Shown here: in pieces, positions 1 through 8,506 of the stretch
How positions within the stretch are numbered: position 1 is the stretch's first letter
Layout: the number at the start of each line of letters is the position of its first letter
Assembly (NCBI GenBank): GCA_963825055.1
Contig: CAWGSK010000031.1
Coordinates: forward strand, 1-29,583
Source of the DNA: an uncultured Gemmatimonadales bacterium
GTDB lineage: Bacteria; Gemmatimonadota; Gemmatimonadetes; Gemmatimonadales; GWC2-71-9
Reading direction: 5' to 3'
Length of the DNA: 29,583 bases
Translations under genes and position numbers: made by a program
The notes under the pieces: generated by a model
Databases searched by the model: none
Seen by the model: the letters and a program-made list of their open reading frames with translations, nothing else
Told to the model about the DNA's origin: nothing

Positions 1-870
1 TTCGGATTCAATTCCCCGGCCCGGACAGGCGGGCTCTACCTCAAGCTGGACGAGAAGACCGGCCGGGACGAAAAATTGCGGGAGATGGTCTTCGGCGGCC
101 CCGGCTTCGACGTTCACGACCTGCGCACGGTGCTGGGCCAGCTTCGCGTCATCAAGGACGCGGATGAGGTTACCCGCATGCGCCGGGCGATCGACATCAC
201 GGCGGACGCCCAGCGCGCCGCCATGCGCGCCGCAAAGCCGGGGATGTACGAGTACCAGCTGGAGGCGGTGATTGAGGGGACCTTCCGGGGGGAGGGGGCC
301 GAGCGTGTGGGGTTTCCGAGCATCATCGGCTCGGGCGTCAATTCCACCGTGCTCCACTACGACAAGAACCGGCGCAAGACGGAGGCGGGCGACCTGGTGG
401 TCATGGATATCGGCGCGGAGTTCGGGTACTACTCCGCCGACGTTACCCGGACGGTTCCCATCACGGGCAAGTTCAGCGCCCGGCAGCGGGACATCTACAA
501 CCTGGTCCTTGCCACGCAGCAGGCCGCCATCGACTCGGTGCGGCCGGGTACCACCGTGGGTGCGCTCAACCGCATTGCCCGGAACTACATGAAGGAACAT
601 TCCGGCTCGCTCTGCGGCGACAAGACCTGCGATTCGTACTTCATCCACGGGCTCTCGCACTGGCTGGGGATGGACGTGCACGACATCGGGGACTACAGCA
701 CTCCGCTCATGCCGGGCATGGTGCTGACCGTCGAGCCCGGCATCTACCTGTCGGAGGAGAATCTCGGAGTGCGGATCGAGGACGACGTGCTGGTGACGGC
801 GGACGGGCACGACCTCCTGTCGGCGAAGGCCCCACGGTCGGCGAAGGACATCGAGCAGGCGATGAAGTAA
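1..870 (+). CDS. pepP: Xaa-Pro aminopeptidase (M24B family), 5'-truncated at the window edge
   Basis: The frame is open from base 1. Metal-ligand motifs are DIGAE...YSAD, HGLSHWLGMDVHD, TVEPGIY and GVRIEDDV. Stop is TAA 868-870. Confidence 0.92.
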   Translation, partial: FGFNSPARTGGLYLKLDEKTGRDEKLREMVFGGPGFDVHDLRTVLGQLRVIKDADEVTRMRRAIDITADAQRAAMRAAKPGMYEYQLEAVIEGTFRGEGAERVGFPSIIGSGVNSTVLHYDKNRRKTEAGDLVVMDIGAEFGYYSADVTRTVPITGKFSARQRDIYNLVLATQQAAIDSVRPGTTVGALNRIARNYMKEHSGSLCGDKTCDSYFIHGLSHWLGMDVHDIGDYSTPLMPGMVLTVEPGIYLSEENLGVRIEDDVLVTADGHDLLSAKAPRSAKDIEQAMK

Positions 871-892
871 GGCCTCGAGGGCGAAGGCCGGA

Positions 893-924
893 ACGAGCGG
901 CGGGGAGCTTTCCCCGCCGCTCGT
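893..924 (+). terminator. Perfect 14-bp hairpin after pepP (probable terminator or RNA-stabilising stem)
   Basis: ACGAGCGGCGGGGA-GCTT-TCCCCGCCGCTCGT, followed only by a weak U-tract (CATTT). Confidence 0.65.
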
Positions 925-940
925 CATTTACGCACCCCCA

Positions 941-974
941 TTGACAGCTACCTGTTAATACAGTATACCTTGTT
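941..974 (+). promoter_or_regulatory. Sigma70-type promoter of padR, probably leaderless, with an overlapping candidate operator
   Basis: TTGACA (941-946), 17 bp, TATACC (964-969), then ATG at 975 with no Shine-Dalgarno. The spacer contains the dyad CTGT-TAAT-ACAG (952-963), and TACCT(T)GTTA occurs at 949 and 966. Confidence 0.7.
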
Positions 975-1319
975 ATGCCTTCTCGCTTCGTGTCGAACTG
1001 GCAAACCCAGGCCCGCAAGGGCGTGCTGGAACTCGCGGTTCTCAATGCGCTGCAGGGCGGCCGCATGTACGGGTATGAAATCGCGAAGCGGCTGCAGGCC
1101 TTTCCCGGGCTCATCGTGGTGGAAGGTACGGTCTATCCCCTCATGAGCCGGCTGGAAAAGGAGCACCTCGTGACGTCCTCGCTGGAAGCGTCACCCGAGG
1201 GTCCGGCGCGGAAATATTATCGGCTGAGCCGTGATGGACGCGCGGCGCTGGACCGGATCAATGGCGGATGGGATGAAATTGTGCGTGCCGTGAGAGCCAT
1301 TCGCGCGTCCGCCCCCTAG
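975..1319 (+). CDS. PadR-family winged-helix transcriptional regulator (short subfamily)
   Basis: 114 aa with RKGVLELAVL, YGYEI, EGTVYPLMSRLE and GPARKYYRLS motifs. Confidence 0.93.
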   Translation: MPSRFVSNWQTQARKGVLELAVLNALQGGRMYGYEIAKRLQAFPGLIVVEGTVYPLMSRLEKEHLVTSSLEASPEGPARKYYRLSRDGRAALDRINGGWDEIVRAVRAIRASAP

Positions 1320-1369
1320 TTCGGTCTTTCCCGGGACCGACCCGGCTGTCCTCAGATATCGGATGCCCA

Positions 1370-2476
1370 ATGATCGCTTTCATGGAACGCCTGTGGCCTG
1401 TCCTGGCCGGCCTGACCCTCGTGGCCGGTTGCGCCGGTGGGGGTCCCGCGGAACGCCCAGCCCGGGTTGCCCCGGTCACCAGGATACGGGCAGCCCCGCG
1501 GTTCGCGCGGGCCATCGACAGTGCCCGTGCGCTGCTGCAGGACGTGACCCGGGACGGCCCGGGCGTCGCCGTTGCGGTCTACGACCGGGGTGAGCCGGTC
1601 TGGGTCGAGGGGCTGGGCTACGCCGACCCCTCTGAAGGAACGCCGGTGGATCCGCGGCACACGCTCTTCCGGCTCTACAGCGTCTCCAAGGCGATGACGG
1701 CGGTGGCAGGCGTGCGCCTGATGGCGCGGGGCGCCCTCGATCCCGCCGCCCCCGTTCAGCGCTATGTCCCGCAGTTCCCCCGGAAGTCCGCGCCGATCAC
1801 CGCCGTCCAGCTCGCGACGCATACCTCAGGCATCCGGCACTACGCGAGTGAGGCTGAAGCCGCCAGCGGCCGACACTGCGCCACGCTCGACGAGGCGCTG
1901 GAGGTCTTCGAGGACGATCCACTCGTGCACGCGCCGGGTGCCGGAGAATCGTACTCATCGTGGGGCTATGTCCTGCTCAGCGCAGTCGTTGCCGGGGCGG
2001 CGGATGCCCCGTTCATGGATGCCATGCAGGACCTGGTGTTCGCCCCGGCCGGTATGGAGCACGCGGCCCTGGGTGGCGGCCCGGTGCCGGAGCCGGCGGG
2101 TCACGCCACGTACTACGAGGAGATCGACGGAACACTTCACGCCGCCCGGCCAGTCGATAACTCCTGCAAGTGGGGCGCCGGCGCGTTCCTGACGACGGCG
2201 GATGATGCAGCGCGTTTTGGCGCGGCCATGCTGGACGGGACCCTGCTCTCCCTGCGCGATCTCCAGCTGTTCCTTCGGGGCTCCGAGGTCTACCAGGTCC
2301 AGGGCGTCGGGGTGGGCGGCACGGCCTTTCTCCTGGTGGATACCGGGCCGGGCCTGTCCATGGCCCTCCTGTCCAACACTTCGGGCAACACCGTCGGGCC
2401 CCGGCTGAAACAGGCGGTGGCCATGATACACGAAGCCTTCTCCACACGCGCGACGACGGCGGATACGTCGCGATGA
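1370..2476 (+). CDS. Beta-lactamase-like serine hydrolase (S12/class C, LACTB-like), predicted lipoprotein
   Basis: SxxK is SVSK in FRLYSVSK. Also LATHTSGIRHY and YSS at the YxN position. Lipobox LVAG-C follows a hydrophobic stretch. Confidence 0.88.
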   Translation: MIAFMERLWPVLAGLTLVAGCAGGGPAERPARVAPVTRIRAAPRFARAIDSARALLQDVTRDGPGVAVAVYDRGEPVWVEGLGYADPSEGTPVDPRHTLFRLYSVSKAMTAVAGVRLMARGALDPAAPVQRYVPQFPRKSAPITAVQLATHTSGIRHYASEAEAASGRHCATLDEALEVFEDDPLVHAPGAGESYSSWGYVLLSAVVAGAADAPFMDAMQDLVFAPAGMEHAALGGGPVPEPAGHATYYEEIDGTLHAARPVDNSCKWGAGAFLTTADDAARFGAAMLDGTLLSLRDLQLFLRGSEVYQVQGVGVGGTAFLLVDTGPGLSMALLSNTSGNTVGPRLKQAVAMIHEAFSTRATTADTSR

Positions 2477-3282
2477 ATTCACGAAGGGACCTGAGTGAGA
2501 TGAAGCTGACGAACCCCGGACGAGCGGCGCTTGAGGCCTACCTGGCGAGAGTGGAGCAATCGCTGTCAGGACGGGTCGACGTGGATGCGACGGATGTCGT
2601 CGCGGGCATCCGTGAACACGTGGAGACTGAACTGCTGGCCACTGCCGTCGAACGGCCCACCGTCGAAGACGTCGCCGACATCCTCGAGCGGCTGGGGCCG
2701 GCCGAAGCCCTGGCGCACAGCCAGATCCTGGACTCCGGCGGCGCCAGTGACGTGAGCCGCACGGCAGCCTTCGCCATTCTCCTTGTGACAGTGGTGGGCC
2801 TCGTGCTGCTGTTGCTGCCAGGTCCGCTCTTTCCCCTTGGCTGGGCTTGTCTGATCGCGGGACTGGTTTCCGCACGACTGGCGCTCCCGCGGGAGGGGGG
2901 CCACGACATGCCGGCGCGGTTCCTGACCGCCTTCTGGCAGGCGGGCGTGCTGACCGGGTTCCTGGCGGTACTGCTCGCACCCGCCGTGCTGGCATGGGCC
3001 TGGGCGCAGACCGGCGGTCCGTTGGTGGGAGTCCTGGCGGGTCACGCCGGGGTGGTTGGACGCGCGCGGCCGACTGGGTACTGGGCCGGGATGGTGGCGG
3101 TAGCTGCCGGCGCGACCGGGGTGTGGTGGCTCGTCACCGGGTGGTTGCTTCAACGCCATGACTCCCGGTTGCGTCGTGGCCTTGGCGCCGGGAGCCGGAT
3201 GCTCCCCCGGCGATCCGGTCGGAACCTGCTGGTTGCCGGTACCGCCCTGCTTGTGACCGGGATCGTCACCTGGCTTCTCTGA
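2473..3282 (+). CDS. Membrane protein with an N-terminal HAAS/DUF1700-like helical domain (PadR partner)
   Basis: N-terminal YLARVEQSL...DVVAGIREHVETEL...VADILERLGPAEALA, then about 5 hydrophobic segments. ATGA overlap with the upstream stop; an alternative ATG lies at 2500. Confidence 0.75.
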   Translation: MNSRRDLSEMKLTNPGRAALEAYLARVEQSLSGRVDVDATDVVAGIREHVETELLATAVERPTVEDVADILERLGPAEALAHSQILDSGGASDVSRTAAFAILLVTVVGLVLLLLPGPLFPLGWACLIAGLVSARLALPREGGHDMPARFLTAFWQAGVLTGFLAVLLAPAVLAWAWAQTGGPLVGVLAGHAGVVGRARPTGYWAGMVAVAAGATGVWWLVTGWLLQRHDSRLRRGLGAGSRMLPRRSGRNLLVAGTALLVTGIVTWLL

Positions 3283-3286
3283 GCCG

Positions 3287-6043
3287 TCAGGGGGCGGGCG
3301 GAGCGGTGGGACCGGTGCCGACCGGCTGGAGCGCGGCCCACTCGTGCCAGGCGGCGGCGTGCATCCAGGGATAGCCGTCCAGGCCGTGCGCCAGGGCCTC
3401 GCTGAAGAGGGCTCGCGCCGTCGCGCTGTCACCGCGTATGGCCGCCAGCCGGGCGCGGTAGACCGTGTAATCACCGAGCTGGTAGCGCGGACTGTCTCCC
3501 AGTTTCCGGCGGGCGCCGGCCGTGTCACCGAGGCGGGCCGAGACCAGCGCGGCGAGGCCGTTGTAGCCGACCCGGTTCGGGTAGTCCGTCACCAGGCTCT
3601 GAAAGTAGGGCGCGGCGTCGGACCACTGCCCCCCGTCATACAGCGCGCTCCCGATCCAGTAGCGGTGGGGGCGGTTGGAGGGATCCCGCGCGAGCTGGTT
3701 CGCGAGCCAGTGCACGGCCCGGTCCAGGTATGCCGGGCCGGCGGAATATCCGTGCGCGATCAATTCCTCTCCCGCTACCACCATCGCCGCGCCCAGCGAC
3801 CAGTACGTGTCGGGTGGCAGGGCAGTGGCATCCGTCAGCAGTGAATCAACCGTGGCCGTGTCCCCCATGGCTGCTGCCGCCCGCACCTCCAGGACCAGGC
3901 CCACACGCCGGTCGGGAAAACGACTTCGCAGCTCACGCGCCGCGCGGCGTTCCCGCGCATGGTCGCCGGCGAGGTGCAGCGCGTGGGTCAGCTGGGTCCA
4001 GTAGGACGACCACCCCCGCATGGCGCCCTTGTCCGGGCTGAGCCGGCCCAGCGCTTCGAGCGCTTCTTCCCAGCGACCCACGCGGAGCGCCGTATAGGCC
4101 AGGTCGTAGGTGGCCTGTGAGGCGGGCGCGATGGCCGAAGTCTGCCGGATCAGCCGCAGGGCCCGCTCACCGTCATCGGCGAGGGTCGCCTCGAAGAACT
4201 GCAGGATCAGGTCGTGGTACTCACTAAGCGAGGCCCGGCGGAGCCGGATCTCCCCCAGGACGCTGTCCAGCTCGGCGTAGTCCCCGGTGTTGTAGCGGGA
4301 CATGGCACTGTACACCAGCGGCACGACGAATGACGTATCCAGCCGCCACGCCTGGTCGAACTCGGCGGTGGCCTCCCGGTAGTTCTGCACGAGATGCTCG
4401 TCCAGTCCGCGATTGAAGGCGAGATAGGCCTGGTAGGTTGGTGGCCGCTCGGCGAGCCCGGGGACCCGGCGGAGGCGGTCACCCGTCCAGACCGCCATGG
4501 CGCCCATGAGCCGGTCCCGGACCAGCTGCACGCCCATGTCCAGCTGACTCCGGTGCACCATCACGGGCAACGGGGCGGCCAGCAGCGCGCCGGTGCCGGC
4601 GTCGGTGACCTGCGACTGGAAGCGGATGGAGTCTCCCACGGCATAGTAGGATCCGGTGATGACGGTACCTGCTCCCGTCTCGTCGCGCAGAATGGTGACC
4701 GGGTTGGCCGTGGGGTCAGCCGGGCGCCGGGCCGAGGCCTGCAGGACCGTGGGCCAGGGCACGACGCGCACCAGGCCCGTTTCCTGGAGCCCCTGCGAGA
4801 TCCAGTCACCCGCCATCCGGCCCCAGAGATCCAACGACGAATCGGCAGTTTCGTTCGCGAACGCGGCGACGGCCACCGGAAGATCGAGGGGATCGTGTGA
4901 TGCCCCCCGATGCGGGAACGCCACGCCCCAGATGACCAGCGCCGTGAACAGGAGCCCCGCGGCAACGAGGGGCCAGCGCCGTTGTCGCCGCGACACCGGT
5001 GCAGGAGGTGTCACCGCGCCTGGGACCAGCAGGGGTTCGAGCTGGGCCAGCAGCCCGGACGCGTCCCTCGGCCTGTCGGCGGGATCCTCTTCGAGGCATT
5101 TCCCGATGAGCCGCGGAAGCGAGGGCGGTATGTCGTTCCGCAGCAGCGTCATTGTCGGCGTGCTCGACGGCTCGAGGCCGAAACTCGTACCGGCCATGAC
5201 GCCGGCCACGGGTCTGGCGGGGTTGGCGCCGGTGAGCATCTCGGTGGCGAGCAGTCCCCACGCATAGATGTCGGCGCGGCGGTCAACGGTGTCGCCCTTG
5301 CGCTGCTCCGGAGCCATGTACGCGGGCGTCCCCACCAGGAAACCGATGGAGGTGTTGAATTCCCCGTCGCCCAGCGAGGCCAGCTTCGCGATCCCGAAGT
5401 CGAGGAGAAACGCGTGGCCGCCCACGCACAGCACGTTCTCCGGCTTGAGGTCGCGATGGATAACGCCCGAGGCATGCGCGCAGGCAAGCGCATCAGCGAT
5501 GTCGCGCAGGAGGACCAGGGCCTCTGCACAGGGCAGGGGCCCCGTCCGCAGCTTGTCCCGCAGCGTTTCGCCGCCCACCCACGGCATGACGTAGAACGGC
5601 AGGCGGTCCACCTCGCCTGAATCGATCAGGCCAAGGATGTGGGGGTGGGTCAGCCGGGCCGCGAGCTTCACCTCGCGCTGGAACCGGTCCGGGCCGAAGG
5701 CGGCCGCCGCCTCGGGCTTCAACACCTTGAGCACCACCTGCCGCCCGTGCTTGAGCTCGTGGGCGAGGTAGACGACGGCGCTGCCGCCCCGTCCGATCTC
5801 ACGATCGATTACGTAGCGGTCGGCCAGGCCCGCAAGGCGCGAGATGAGCGTCTGCTGCGGTGGAGGGAGGGGGGTGTCGAGCGGACCGCCGGCCGCGTCG
5901 TGTGCGGCCAGCATCCGGAGTACCTCGTCCCGGAGGGCGGCGTCGTCGGGACAGCGGGCCCGAAGCCAGGACTCCCGCTCCTCCGGGGTTGCCTCCAGCG
6001 CGCCGTCGAAAAGCTCCTCGAGGCGCTGCCCCCGATCGGTCAT
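3287..6043 (-). CDS. Membrane Hanks-type Ser/Thr protein kinase with a C-terminal TolB-N-like/TPR extracytoplasmic region
   Basis: IGRGGSAVV, VLK, HRDLKPEN, DFG and GTPAYMAPEQ are intact. One TM helix (WPLVAAGLLFTALVIWGVAF), then VAVAAFANE and TPR-like helices. N-terminal ERESWLRARCPDDAALRDEV leader. Confidence 0.93.
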   Translation of the reverse strand: MTDRGQRLEELFDGALEATPEERESWLRARCPDDAALRDEVLRMLAAHDAAGGPLDTPLPPPQQTLISRLAGLADRYVIDREIGRGGSAVVYLAHELKHGRQVVLKVLKPEAAAAFGPDRFQREVKLAARLTHPHILGLIDSGEVDRLPFYVMPWVGGETLRDKLRTGPLPCAEALVLLRDIADALACAHASGVIHRDLKPENVLCVGGHAFLLDFGIAKLASLGDGEFNTSIGFLVGTPAYMAPEQRKGDTVDRRADIYAWGLLATEMLTGANPARPVAGVMAGTSFGLEPSSTPTMTLLRNDIPPSLPRLIGKCLEEDPADRPRDASGLLAQLEPLLVPGAVTPPAPVSRRQRRWPLVAAGLLFTALVIWGVAFPHRGASHDPLDLPVAVAAFANETADSSLDLWGRMAGDWISQGLQETGLVRVVPWPTVLQASARRPADPTANPVTILRDETGAGTVITGSYYAVGDSIRFQSQVTDAGTGALLAAPLPVMVHRSQLDMGVQLVRDRLMGAMAVWTGDRLRRVPGLAERPPTYQAYLAFNRGLDEHLVQNYREATAEFDQAWRLDTSFVVPLVYSAMSRYNTGDYAELDSVLGEIRLRRASLSEYHDLILQFFEATLADDGERALRLIRQTSAIAPASQATYDLAYTALRVGRWEEALEALGRLSPDKGAMRGWSSYWTQLTHALHLAGDHARERRAARELRSRFPDRRVGLVLEVRAAAAMGDTATVDSLLTDATALPPDTYWSLGAAMVVAGEELIAHGYSAGPAYLDRAVHWLANQLARDPSNRPHRYWIGSALYDGGQWSDAAPYFQSLVTDYPNRVGYNGLAALVSARLGDTAGARRKLGDSPRYQLGDYTVYRARLAAIRGDSATARALFSEALAHGLDGYPWMHAAAWHEWAALQPVGTGPTAPPAP

Positions 6044-6642
6044 GGGGTGCTGCCGTGTGGCGGGGGGGAGGTGAGTGCCTGGTGCAGCCAGGCCCGGGCC
6101 CGGGTCCAGTCGCGCTGCACGGTCCGGACGGTGACCTCCAGGACCTCGGCGATCTCTTCCTCCGTGAGGCCGCCGAAATACCGGTACTCCACCACCTTCG
6201 CCATACGGGGATGCAGCGCGGACAGGCGCTCCAGCGCATCATTCAGGGCGATCAGGTCGTCGATGGGGACGGCAGGGTCGGCGCCGATGTTCTCCAGGGT
6301 GACGGCCACCAAGCCCCCGCCGCGCCGGGCGGCCTGCCGCCGGCGGGCATGGTCCACCAGGATCTGGCGCATCGCCCGCGCCGCGAGACCCACGAAATGC
6401 GCCCTGCCCTCAGTTTCGGGCAGGTTGGAGCCCGTCATCTTGAGGAATACCTCGTTCACCAGCGCCGTGGGCTGGAGGGTGTGGCCGGGTCGTTCGCGAC
6501 TGAGAAGCCGGGCAGCGGCCTGGTGCAGTTCCTGGTAGAGCAGAGGGAACAGGCGGTCCCGGGCGTGCTCATCCCCATCGCGCCAGCTGGCCAGCAGCAT
6601 GGCGGTGTTCATATGTTCTGGGAGTTCCGGGTCTTCCGACAT
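6040..6642 (-). CDS. ECF sigma factor, ECF43/TIGR02999-like (kinase-associated)
   Basis: LFPLLYQELH, HTLQPTALVNE, ARAMRQILVDHAR and YFGGLTEEEIAEVL...TVQRDW. The stop overlaps the kinase ATG. I prefer the ATG at 6642 to the ORF-track start at 6771. Confidence 0.92.
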   Translation of the reverse strand: MSEDPELPEHMNTAMLLASWRDGDEHARDRLFPLLYQELHQAAARLLSRERPGHTLQPTALVNEVFLKMTGSNLPETEGRAHFVGLAARAMRQILVDHARRRQAARRGGGLVAVTLENIGADPAVPIDDLIALNDALERLSALHPRMAKVVEYRYFGGLTEEEIAEVLEVTVRTVQRDWTRARAWLHQALTSPPPHGSTP

Positions 6643-6683
6643 GGTCCGGATCCGGGTTGTCGGGTTCTGGCGGGGTTCCCCGC

Positions 6684-6689
6684 AATATA
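6684..6689 (-). promoter_or_regulatory. Candidate -10 element for the ECF-kinase operon
   Basis: TATATT on the minus strand about 40 nt upstream of the ATG at 6642, in an otherwise GC-rich spacer. No clear -35. Confidence 0.4.
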
Positions 6690-6758
6690 GGCCACGAACG
6701 GAAGGTCGCCACGATGGCGGCAGGAAACAATTTCCCGGATCGGCCAGGAGGTCGCGGT

Positions 6759-8399
6759 ATGGTACGCACAATGCTCATTGCGGGGTTCGTCGCGTGTGTC
6801 GGCGCTACGCCGACGATCGCGCAGATGGACCATTCCCACAGCTATCAGCAGGCGGACTCCGCCGCTGTCCCGCTCTACAGCACCCTGGGGACCTACCACG
6901 CCGCGATTACGGCGGCCACCCCGAAGGTTCAGGCCTACTTCGACCAGGGGATCCGGCTGCTGTATGCCTTCAACCATGCCGAATCGGAGCGCTCCTTCCT
7001 CGAGGGCGAGAGACTCGATCCCGGCTGCGCCATGTGCGCGTGGGGCGCGGCCCTGGCCCTCGGCCCGAACATCAACGCCCCGATGGATTCGGCGGCTGCG
7101 CTGAAGGCCCGCGCGGCGATCGACCGGGCCCTCGCGGCCTCCGCCGGCGTGACACCCCGCGAGGCGGCCTATGTCCAGGCCCTGGCGAAGCGGTACGCGG
7201 CCGGGCCCATGGCGGATCGTGCCGGGCTCGATTCGGCGTATGCCGATGCCATGAAGGATGTTGCGGCACGATTCCCCGAGGATCCGGATGCCCAGGTGCT
7301 GTACGCCGATGCGCTCATGAACCTGTCGCCGTGGAACTACTGGACGCGGGACGGGGAGCCCCGTCCGGCGACTCCGCTGATCCTCGGCAGTCTCGAAGGC
7401 GTGCTGGACCGGATGCCGGATCATCCTGGTGCGTGCCACCTCTTCATCCACGCGGTGGAAGCGAACGTCCCTGAGCGGGCGGTGACCTGTGCCGAGCGCC
7501 TGGCGAGCCTGATGCCCGGGGCAGGACATATCGTCCACATGCCGGGGCATGTCTATATCCGGGTCGGCCGTTACGCGGACGCGATTGATGCGAACCGGCA
7601 CGCGGTGCATGCGGACGAGGAGTATCTCGAGGGTCCCATCGTGACCCGCCACGGCATCTATCCGCAGGGGTACTATCCCCACAACTACCACTTCATGGGA
7701 TTTGCGGCCTCCATGGCCGGTAATGCGCGGACCGCCATCATCGCGGCGCGGAAGGTGACGGAGACGGTCAGCTTCGACGTGGCCCGTGAGGTGCCCTGGC
7801 TCGAGGCGATCACCCCGGTCGTGTACCAGTCGCTGGTCACCTTCGGGCGTTGGAACGAGATCCTGGCGGAGCCCCTTCCCCCCAGCGATCTCCGGTATAC
7901 CACCGGGATCGCGTACTACGCCCGCGGCGTGGCCTTCGCGGCCCGCAGCCGGTGGGCGGAGGCCCGGGCGGCTCTCGACACCGTCCAGGCCGCGTACCGG
8001 GACATGCCCGAGGGCGACAACCGGGTCTCGCTGGCGATCGCCGGGCACGCCCTGCGGGGTGAGATCGCCCTGCGCCAGGACCGGCCCCGGCAGGCGGTCG
8101 ATGCCTTCAAGGAGGCCGCCGAGATCGAGGATGGCATGGTCTATACCGAGCCGCCGACCTGGTATTACCCGGTGCGGCATTCGCTTGGGAAGGCCCTGCT
8201 GGCCGACCACCGGCCCGCGGAAGCTGAGCGGGCCTACCGGGAAGACCTGGCGCGGTTCCCGGAAAACGGCTGGTCGCTCTTCGGCCTGGCCCAGAGCCTG
8301 GGGGCGCAGGGCAAGCGGGTCGAAGCGGCGGAGGTCCGCCAGCGGTTTGCCAGGGCCTGGCGGGTGGCGGACGTGAAGCTCAGCGCGTCGAGATTCTAG
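6759..8399 (+). CDS. Secreted TPR-repeat protein with His-rich motifs, function unknown
   Basis: AGGAGG RBS at 6746-6751 and a signal-peptide-like N-terminus. TPR-like helices (QAYFDQG..., LGKALL...AERAYREDL...NGWSLFGL). Motifs HPGACHLFIH, HIVHMPGH and HNYHF. Confidence 0.82.
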   Translation: MVRTMLIAGFVACVGATPTIAQMDHSHSYQQADSAAVPLYSTLGTYHAAITAATPKVQAYFDQGIRLLYAFNHAESERSFLEGERLDPGCAMCAWGAALALGPNINAPMDSAAALKARAAIDRALAASAGVTPREAAYVQALAKRYAAGPMADRAGLDSAYADAMKDVAARFPEDPDAQVLYADALMNLSPWNYWTRDGEPRPATPLILGSLEGVLDRMPDHPGACHLFIHAVEANVPERAVTCAERLASLMPGAGHIVHMPGHVYIRVGRYADAIDANRHAVHADEEYLEGPIVTRHGIYPQGYYPHNYHFMGFAASMAGNARTAIIAARKVTETVSFDVAREVPWLEAITPVVYQSLVTFGRWNEILAEPLPPSDLRYTTGIAYYARGVAFAARSRWAEARAALDTVQAAYRDMPEGDNRVSLAIAGHALRGEIALRQDRPRQAVDAFKEAAEIEDGMVYTEPPTWYYPVRHSLGKALLADHRPAEAERAYREDLARFPENGWSLFGLAQSLGAQGKRVEAAEVRQRFARAWRVADVKLSASRF

Positions 8400-8405
8400 A
8401 AGAGC

Positions 8406-8481
8406 AGTGAGTAGTGAATAGTGAGTAGTGCTTAAGTGCGGGATCTAAACGTAAAGCACTACTCACTAATCACTAACCACT
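8406..8481. repeat. Inverted pair of AGTGAGT-type heptamer arrays between convergent genes
   Basis: AGTGAGT AGTGAAT AGTGAGT AGTGCTT (8406-8433), a 20-nt loop, then AAGCACT ACTCACT AATCACT AACCACT (8454-8481). This gives a 28-bp stem with 3 mismatches. Confidence 0.9.
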
Positions 8482-8506
8482 ATTCGCCACACGCCAGCCG
8501 CTGCTT

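Noticed and set aside
1321..1340. Small hairpin TCGGTC-N8-GACCGA after padR
   Set aside because: A 6-bp stem with no U-tract is too weak to call in GC-rich DNA.
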